Shown here: piece by piece, positions 52,413 to 57,047 of the stretch
Position numbering within the stretch: the stretch's first letter is position 1
Layout: each line of letters starts with the position of its first letter
IMG/VR virus record: IMGVR_UViG_3300028887_000082
DNA length: 57,047 nucleotides
Direction: 5' to 3' (one strand)
Source: a virus
Lineage: Duplodnaviria; Heunggongvirae; Uroviricota; Caudoviricetes
Notes under the pieces: model-generated
Databases searched by the model: none
What the model saw: the letters and a program-made list of their open reading frames with translations, nothing else
Told to the model about the DNA's origin: nothing
Program-made: the position numbers and the translations under genes

Positions 52413-52493
52413 GGTCCCGGCATCATAGTAGATGTCATGGAAGCTGCCTGATTCAGCAGGACTGAACAGTGGGGTTCGATACCCTGGGGACCA
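52413..52493 (+). ncRNA. atypical tRNA-like RNA
   Basis: GGTCCC/GGGACC acceptor, 6-bp GGCATC/GATGTC stem, GGGG-TTCGATA-CCCT; no clean anticodon loop. Confidence 0.45.
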
Positions 52494-52499
52494 TCAAAT

Positions 52500-52622
52500 G
52501 TATATGTGAAGCAGATAGGATGTGCTACTACAAGAATTAGTAATCATTTGGATATTGCATACATATGTTCAGTAGAGATGAAAAGGATGTGGACTATGTG
52601 AGTTCGAATCTCATCATATACA
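52500..52622 (+). ncRNA. tRNA-shell RNA with insert (123 nt)
   Basis: GTATATG/CATATAC-A acceptor, GTGAG-TTCGAAT-CTCAT T arm. Confidence 0.6.
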
Positions 52623-52627
52623 TAAAT

Positions 52628-52702
52628 GCTCCCGTAGCTGAGTTGGTTCAAAGCACCTGTCTCTTAAACAGGGGATCCTGGGTTCGAGTCCCAGTGGGAG
52701 TA
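52628..52702 (+). tRNA. trnK: tRNA-Lys(CTT)
   Basis: CCTGT-CT CTT AA-ACAGG. Confidence 0.92.
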
Positions 52703-52712
52703 CAAAACAACT

Positions 52713-52864
52713 GGGGCACAGAGGAGATAAATCGGCTGGAAGCCAGCATTCTATGAAGTCATGAATTCATAAAGTGTACTCTGTGTGAGGGTTTTTACCA
52801 GAGATTGCATCATGCAATTGATGAATGGGAGTTTCCCTTTTAAGTTCGAATCCACAGTGCTCCA
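52713..52864 (+). ncRNA. tRNA-shell-like RNA with G3:U70 acceptor (152 nt)
   Basis: GGGGCAC/GTGCTCC-A, GTTCGAATCC loop without a paired T stem, several inner hairpins. Confidence 0.45.
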
Positions 52865-52869
52865 CAAAT

Positions 52870-53001
52870 GCCGGCTTATCACAGTATATAGGTGACTGTA
52901 GCCGCCCCGTACAGGCGGGTCTGGCCAACCGAAAGTGTACAGCTCGAGACAATGTATATGAGTAGAAGTCAGATATGGATGGTTCGATTCCTCCGATGGC
53001 A
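52870..53001 (+). ncRNA. tRNA-shell-like RNA with internal CC GTA CA hairpin (132 nt)
   Basis: TCAC/GTGA D-like stem, CCGCC-CCGTACA-GGCGG, GGTTCGATTCC T loop; weak acceptor. Confidence 0.45.
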
Positions 53002-53231
53002 CAAAGTTTGTTATATTTTAATAAAGGGTTCTTTATGACAGTTTGAACCTTAGATGTTAATAACTGTTAGTAGTCCTTTGCATCTTTATCCTACTATATC
53101 TTATGAAGATGTTTTAAGCCCAAAGTACACGGGAACGAAGATGGGATCTGCCTCTTAACAATGCATACTGAATCCTCCAAAACGTAGGTTGGCACAGTTA
53201 GACCTCTGGGGTTATTCTAAAAGGTCATTAT

Positions 53232-53304
53232 GGACCATGTAGTGTAACGGCGAGCATATCACATCTGCACTGTGATGGAGGGGTTCGAATCCCACATGTG
53301 TCCA
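53232..53304 (+). tRNA. atypical tRNA(TGC)
   Basis: TCACA-TC TGC AC-TGTGA (C33); bulged acceptor, no G3:U70. Confidence 0.55.
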
Positions 53305-53307
53305 CAA

Positions 53308-53457
53308 ATGAATATTTGAGGTTCCAGAAGGCTTCCGTAATGTGGCATAGTCGGAGGAGACACTGGAGATGGATAAACATGGAAATTCGGGCTACCGGGT
53401 GAGGCAGTGTTAGACGAGGAGGCTTGCTGGAATAAGCAGTCCGGGTAGAATATTCAT
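53308..53457 (+). ncRNA. candidate ~150-nt structured ncRNA
   Basis: 9-bp closure ATGAATATT/AATATTCAT; CTTCCG/CGGAGG; GACACTG/CAGTGTT. Confidence 0.5.
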
Positions 53458-53465
53458 CACAAAAC

Positions 53466-53565
53466 CACAGAGTGTCCAGAGTGTCGAAGCATTGGTTGGT
53501 ATGATGCTTTAAAAGTTTAAACTCTACTCCGAAAGTGGGCGACATATTCGAGACTATACTCTGTG
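53466..53565 (+). ncRNA. candidate ~100-nt structured ncRNA
   Basis: CACAGAGTGT/ATACTCTGTG closure; GTGTCG/CGACAT; AAGCAT/ATGCTT. Confidence 0.5.
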
Positions 53566-53579
53566 TGACAAAACTTTTC

Positions 53580-53655
53580 TATGGTATCTTCTAGTGGTCC
53601 AGGAAGTCCGAGGCTAACAGCGGTAGGGACAGAGGTTCGAATCCTCTTACCATAG
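53580..53655 (+). pseudogene. Gln/Glu-like tRNA with degenerate anticodon arm containing CTA
   Basis: TATGGTA/TACCATA-G acceptor, AGAGG-TTCGAAT-CCTCT; CCG-AGGCTAACAG-CGG anticodon arm. Confidence 0.55.
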
Positions 53656-53677
53656 CAAATTAAATAATTCATATAAT

Positions 53678-54385
53678 ATGAAATTAGGAAATTTAAAGTA
53701 TCATTATTTTTATAAGATAACCAACAATATAAATGGTCATTTTTATTATGGTGTTCATAACACAAATAATTTAGATGATGGTTATATGGGTAGTGGTTTA
53801 AAATTACAAGAAGCATATAAAAAATATGGTATTGAAAACTTCACTAAAGAAATATTAAAGTTCTTTGACACATCTGAAGATGCATTTAAATATGAAAGTG
53901 AGATTGTTACAATTGATTTAATAAAGTCAAAGAAATGTTATAATATTCAACTTGGTGGTAAATCCATTAACACTTCTGGTTTAATTGTTGTTATTGATAA
54001 AAATAATATAAAAACATTAATACCAAAAGATGATGACAAAATAATAAAAGGTAATGTGAAAATTTATTCTCCTTTAAAAAATAAATTGGTTGTAAAATAT
54101 AAAAATGATAATGATTATTTTTTAATTAATAGTGATGAATATGATTCTAACATTTATGAAACAAGTTGGACAAATAGACATCACACACAAGAATCAAAAA
54201 GTAAAATAAGAAAGACTTTAACACCTCAAAATTCTAATAATTCACACATATGGATTAATAAAAATGGGATAGTTAAATATTTAGATAAAAGAAAATTAGA
54301 TGAATATTTAAATGATGGATGGACATTGGGAAGAAGTGGATATAAACCAAGAAAGGGATGTAGAGGTAAGAAAATAGAAATATAA
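53678..54385 (+). mobile_element. free-standing GIY-YIG (Seg-like) homing endonuclease
   Basis: YFYKITNNINGHFYYGVH...GYMGSG; NRHHTQESKSKI; paralog of 46552 gene; very AT-rich. Confidence 0.8.
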
Positions 54386-54388
54386 TTT

Positions 54389-54475
54389 GGGAAGGTTGAG
54401 CAAATGGTTGAGCTCATCGGTCTGTAAAACCGACACTATGAAACACTGTGGGTTCGAGTCCCACCCTTCCCACCA
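54389..54475 (+). tRNA. trnY: tRNA-Tyr(GTA)
   Basis: TCGGT-CT GTA AA-ACCGA, long variable region, ACCA encoded. Confidence 0.9.
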
Positions 54476-54478
54476 AAT

Positions 54479-54549
54479 GCAGGATTAGTTTAATGGTAGA
54501 ATGTCAGCCCTCCAAGCTGAATGTGGGAGTTCGATTCTCCTATCCTGCT
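54479..54549 (+). tRNA. trnG: tRNA-Gly(TCC), C33 variant
   Basis: TCAGC-CC TCC AA-GCTGA, U73. Confidence 0.88.
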
Positions 54550-54555
54550 CTAAAT

Positions 54556-54630
54556 ACCGATGTAGCTCAGTTGGTCCAGAGCAGTGGACTCATATTCCAC
54601 AGGTCATTGGTTCGATTCCAATCATCGGTA
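54556..54630 (+). tRNA. trnM: tRNA-Met(CAT), elongator
   Basis: GTGGA-CT CAT AT-TCCAC; paired 1:72. Confidence 0.85.
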
Positions 54631-54645
54631 CAATAAATATTATAT

Positions 54646-54732
54646 AGGTCGGTGGCCGAGTGGTCGAAGGCAGCGGTCTCCAAAACCGCCAAGATGGTAA
54701 CATCTTCGAGGGTTCGAATCCTTCCCGGCCTG
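54646..54732 (+). tRNA. trnW: tRNA(CCA), nominally Trp, with type-II long variable arm
   Basis: GCGGT-CT CCA AA-ACCGC; AAGATG-GTAA-CATCTT variable hairpin; G73. Confidence 0.82.
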
Positions 54733-54742
54733 CTTGAGGAAT

Positions 54743-54814
54743 TGGACTATTGTGTAATGGTTAGCACATCAGATTTTGGATCTGACAGTCTGGGTTCGAA
54801 TCCCGGTAGTCCAG
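54743..54814 (+). tRNA. trnQ: tRNA-Gln(TTG)
   Basis: TCAGA-TT TTG GA-TCTGA, U1:A72, G73. Confidence 0.92.
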
Positions 54815-54914
54815 CAAAGTAAGAGTGTGGAAATAACTTGTAACTCAAGTAGAGAGTTTCCAGTAAATGGGTGGTGAGAAGAGTAATGAACTTACAATTT
54901 AGCCTTACTGAAAT

Positions 54915-54985
54915 TGGGATATAGTATAAGGGTAGTACGTTTGACTCTGGATCAAAAGGTGTGGGTTCGAATCCTGCTATCCCAG
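54915..54985 (+). tRNA. trnQ: tRNA-Gln(CTG)
   Basis: TTTGA-CT CTG GA-TCAAA. Confidence 0.9.
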
Positions 54986-54991
54986 CAAAAT

Positions 54992-55062
54992 GTCGGGGTG
55001 GCCGAGGGGCTAGGCAGCGGTCTGCAAAACCGCCTACGCAGGTTCGAATCCTGTCTCCGACT
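54992..55062 (+). tRNA. trnC: tRNA-Cys(GCA)
   Basis: GCGGT-CT GCA AA-ACCGC, U73. Confidence 0.92.
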
Positions 55063-55134
55063 CTAAACTCTGGAGCATACCGCCAGTACGGAAGTGGAAA
55101 AGAGGTACTGCTCTGTTTCCTACCAGAGTTAAAT

Positions 55135-55206
55135 GTCCCTGTGGTGTAATGGACAGCATACCAGACTACGGATCTGTTGGAGAGGGTTCGAGTCCTTCCA
55201 GGGATA
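55135..55206 (+). tRNA. trnR: tRNA-Arg(ACG)
   Basis: CAGA-CT ACG GA-TCTG. Confidence 0.9.
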
Positions 55207-55240
55207 CTAAAATTTTGTTATATTTAATGTATAACATCTT

Positions 55241-55312
55241 GCCGGGGTAGCTCAGTGGTAGAGTACATCTTTGGTAAGGATGAGGTCAAGAGTTCAAATC
55301 TCTTCTTCGGCT
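55241..55312 (+). tRNA. trnT: tRNA-Thr(GGT)
   Basis: CATCT-TT GGT AA-GGATG. Confidence 0.92.
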
Positions 55313-55317
55313 CAAAT

Positions 55318-55389
55318 GCAGTGTTCGTATAATGGTTATTATATAGCCTTGCCAAGGCTGAGATGGGAGTTCGATTCTCCTACACTGCT
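55318..55389 (+). tRNA. trnG: tRNA-Gly(GCC)
   Basis: TAGCC-TT GCC AA-GGCTG, U73. Confidence 0.88.
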
Positions 55390-55390
55390 C

Positions 55391-55577
55391 AAAGTATACA
55401 TAAAACGTTAATCCCGAGAATGATAGGTTACCACAAGGCAGTAGGTGTAAAAGAATAATTACTGTTTAACAAGTCTGCAACAGGGATCCCGGTAGTAATA
55501 CTGAGTGTTCAGCGAAATCTGAAATAGAGTGATAACTAAAGGTGAAAGTCCTTACAAACGTCCTATCTGTATACTTT
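55391..55577 (+). ncRNA. candidate ~187-nt structured ncRNA
   Basis: 10-bp closure AAAGTATACA/TGTATACTTT; GATAGG/CCTATC; CGGTA-GTAA-TACTG; AAGG-TGAAAGT-CCTT. Confidence 0.55.
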
Positions 55578-55582
55578 TATAT

Positions 55583-55659
55583 GGTGATGGTGGCCGAGTG
55601 GTATAGGCGCATGCCTGTGGAGCATGTTTACGTGGGTTCGATCCCCACCCTTCACCCCA
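55583..55659 (+). tRNA. trnH: tRNA-His(GTG)
   Basis: G-1:C73, CATGC-CT GTG GA-GCATG, CCA encoded. Confidence 0.92.
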
Positions 55660-55672
55660 AATTACAAAAGTT

Positions 55673-55996
55673 ATGGACAAAGATTTTAAAAAGAAGTTCC
55701 TGACAGACACTGATGAGACAGGAAGGTTTATTGTAAAGTCATTGAAGACAGGTAAGACCTACTTTGTTGAACCGGTGAACCAAGGTGTAAGAACAAACTG
55801 GGGAGACCTGGATCCAGTCACAAGAAAGATGACCGGAAGTTATGGAGAGAAATACAAGGGAAGTGTAACTCCTGATGAGTCTCTCATAACAGAGGAAAAT
55901 GGATTTGATAAGGTATATACATTAAGTCCTGGTGAATCTCCTCTTTCTTACATTGATATGATTGATGATGAGTATTTTAAAAAGATGAATAAATGA
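55673..55996 (+). CDS. hypothetical protein
   Basis: Clean ORF directly after the array. Confidence 0.75.
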   Translation: MDKDFKKKFLTDTDETGRFIVKSLKTGKTYFVEPVNQGVRTNWGDLDPVTRKMTGSYGEKYKGSVTPDESLITEENGFDKVYTLSPGESPLSYIDMIDDEYFKKMNK

Positions 55997-56118
55997 AACC
56001 GAGAATTTACAGAAGACACAGGGATGACACTAATCTCAGGACTAATATGAACATCATATTGGCAATTGGTGGAACTATAATTTTATTGGGTGTATTTTAT
56101 TTGATGTTCATAATATGA
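55993..56118 (+). CDS. small membrane peptide (41 aa, absent from ORF track)
   Basis: ATGA overlaps on both sides; C-terminal hydrophobic helix. Confidence 0.55.
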   Translation: MKPRIYRRHRDDTNLRTNMNIILAIGGTIILLGVFYLMFII

Positions 56119-57047
56119 GTAAAAGGATATTGGTGACCGGTGGTGCTGGATTCATAGGTTCAAACCTTTGTAAGAAACTTGTGAATGAAGGTAATGATGT
56201 CATATGTCTGGACAACTTCTATACAGGAAGAAAGGACAATATATATGAACTGATAGGTCAGAAGAATTTTGAACTTGTTAGACATGATGTATGTCAGCCT
56301 TACCTGGCGGAAGTTGATGAGATATACAACCTTGCATGTCCCGCTTCTCCGATACATTACCAGAATGACCCCATCCAGACAACAAAGACATCTGTCCTGG
56401 GTGCATATCATATGCTGGGATTGGCAAGGAGGACAAAGGCAAAAATACTCCAGGCATCTACAAGTGAGGTCTATGGTGACCCGACTGTCCATCCACAGAC
56501 AGAAGATTACTGGGGAAATGTGAACTGTCACGGTTTCAGGTCCTGTTATGATGAAGGAAAAAGATGTGCCGAATCATTGTTCTTTGACTACAACCGTATG
56601 CATGGGATAAGGATAAAGGTGATAAGGATATTCAACACCTATGGTCCCAATATGGCAGTCAATGATGGAAGGGTGATTTCAAACTTCATCAACCAGGCAC
56701 TCAATGATGAGGATATCACGATATATGGTGACGGAAGTCAGACCAGGTCTTTCCAGTACATTGATGACCTGATAAATGGTATGACAAAGATGATGAATAC
56801 TGATGATTCATTCACAGGTCCGGTCAATATAGGAAACCCTCAGGAATATACAGTACTGGAACTGGCAAACAAGGTGATAGACCTGACAGGTTCAAAGAGC
56901 AAGATAGTATTCTGTCCTCTGCCTTTTGATGATCCAAAGAAGAGGAAACCGGATATAACACTGGCAAAGAAGGAATTAGACTGGTCACCAAAGGTTGATG
57001 TTGATGATGGGTTGATTAAGACAATAGAATATTTCAAGTCATTGAGA
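56115..57047 (+). CDS. UDP-glucuronate decarboxylase-like NAD-dependent epimerase/dehydratase, 3'-truncated (absent from ORF track)
   Basis: [45 protein letters not shown]; runs off the window. Confidence 0.9.
   Translation, partial: MSKRILVTGGAGFIGSNLCKKLVNEGNDVICLDNFYTGRKDNIYELIGQKNFELVRHDVCQPYLAEVDEIYNLACPASPIHYQNDPIQTTKTSVLGAYHMLGLARRTKAKILQASTSEVYGDPTVHPQTEDYWGNVNCHGFRSCYDEGKRCAESLFFDYNRMHGIRIKVIRIFNTYGPNMAVNDGRVISNFINQALNDEDITIYGDGSQTRSFQYIDDLINGMTKMMNTDDSFTGPVNIGNPQEYTVLELANKVIDLTGSKSKIVFCPLPFDDPKKRKPDITLAKKELDWSPKVDVDDGLIKTIEYFKSLR

Noticed and set aside
48022-52493. tRNA-Sec or opal suppressor at 48022 (8/5 fold) or 52413 (6-bp D stem, TTCA)
   Set aside because: Neither has a paired anticodon stem presenting TCA in a 7-nt loop; no sel genes seen
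43800-55149. Short ORFs in the track overlapping tRNAs, tmRNA and the giant RNA
   Set aside because: They overlap clear RNA genes, lack consistent strand or start context, and show no protein-like motifs
43447-55659. Recurring GGTTCGA(G/A)TCC as a possible CRISPR repeat
   Set aside because: These are tRNA T-loops with irregular spacing; no cas genes or constant repeat-spacer period
1-57047. Alternative genetic code (TAG or TGA reassigned)
   Set aside because: Conserved enzymes are full length in code 11, TGA is used often as a stop, and the single TAG coincides with a normal gene overlap
1-57047. Retron, DGR or other reverse-transcriptase system behind the many ncRNAs
   Set aside because: No RT (YxDD) ORF and no template/variable repeat pair visible in this window

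Overview
A 57-kb segment of a large (jumbo-type) dsDNA bacteriophage, most likely infecting Bacteroidota. The host call rests on about 10 TTTG-N20-TAnnTTTG promoters and a Bacteroidetes-style tmRNA resume context; T4-like CATAAATA late-promoter motifs are also present. Nt 1-43,060 hold about 80 densely packed, mostly + strand genes in the standard code: DnaJ, ClpP, two GNATs, four tandem Pnk-like kinases plus a metallophosphoesterase, an RNA ligase, a CCA-adding enzyme, three radical-SAM enzymes, an NAD cluster (PncA, Prs-like, NAMPT-like, macrodomain, NadE), an NAD-dependent DNA ligase, a NUDIX hydrolase and LuxS. Nt 43,100-55,660 form a 12.5-kb RNA island: 28 canonical tRNAs, a tRNA nested inside another tRNA's anticodon, several tRNA-shaped shells carrying inserts, a circularly permuted two-piece tmRNA, a ~1-kb GOLLD/ROOL-like structured RNA candidate, many smaller closed-stem ncRNA candidates and two GIY-YIG endonucleases. 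Headline observation: each of the two tRNA arrays is preceded by a short leader ORF coupled to a terminator/antiterminator, and the leader's codons match the anticodons of the array downstream of it at isoacceptor level. This suggests a tRNA-depletion-sensing attenuator that switches on the phage's own tRNA supply. All RNA structures were folded by eye and all protein calls come from motif recognition; nothing was searched or computed beyond reading the sequence.
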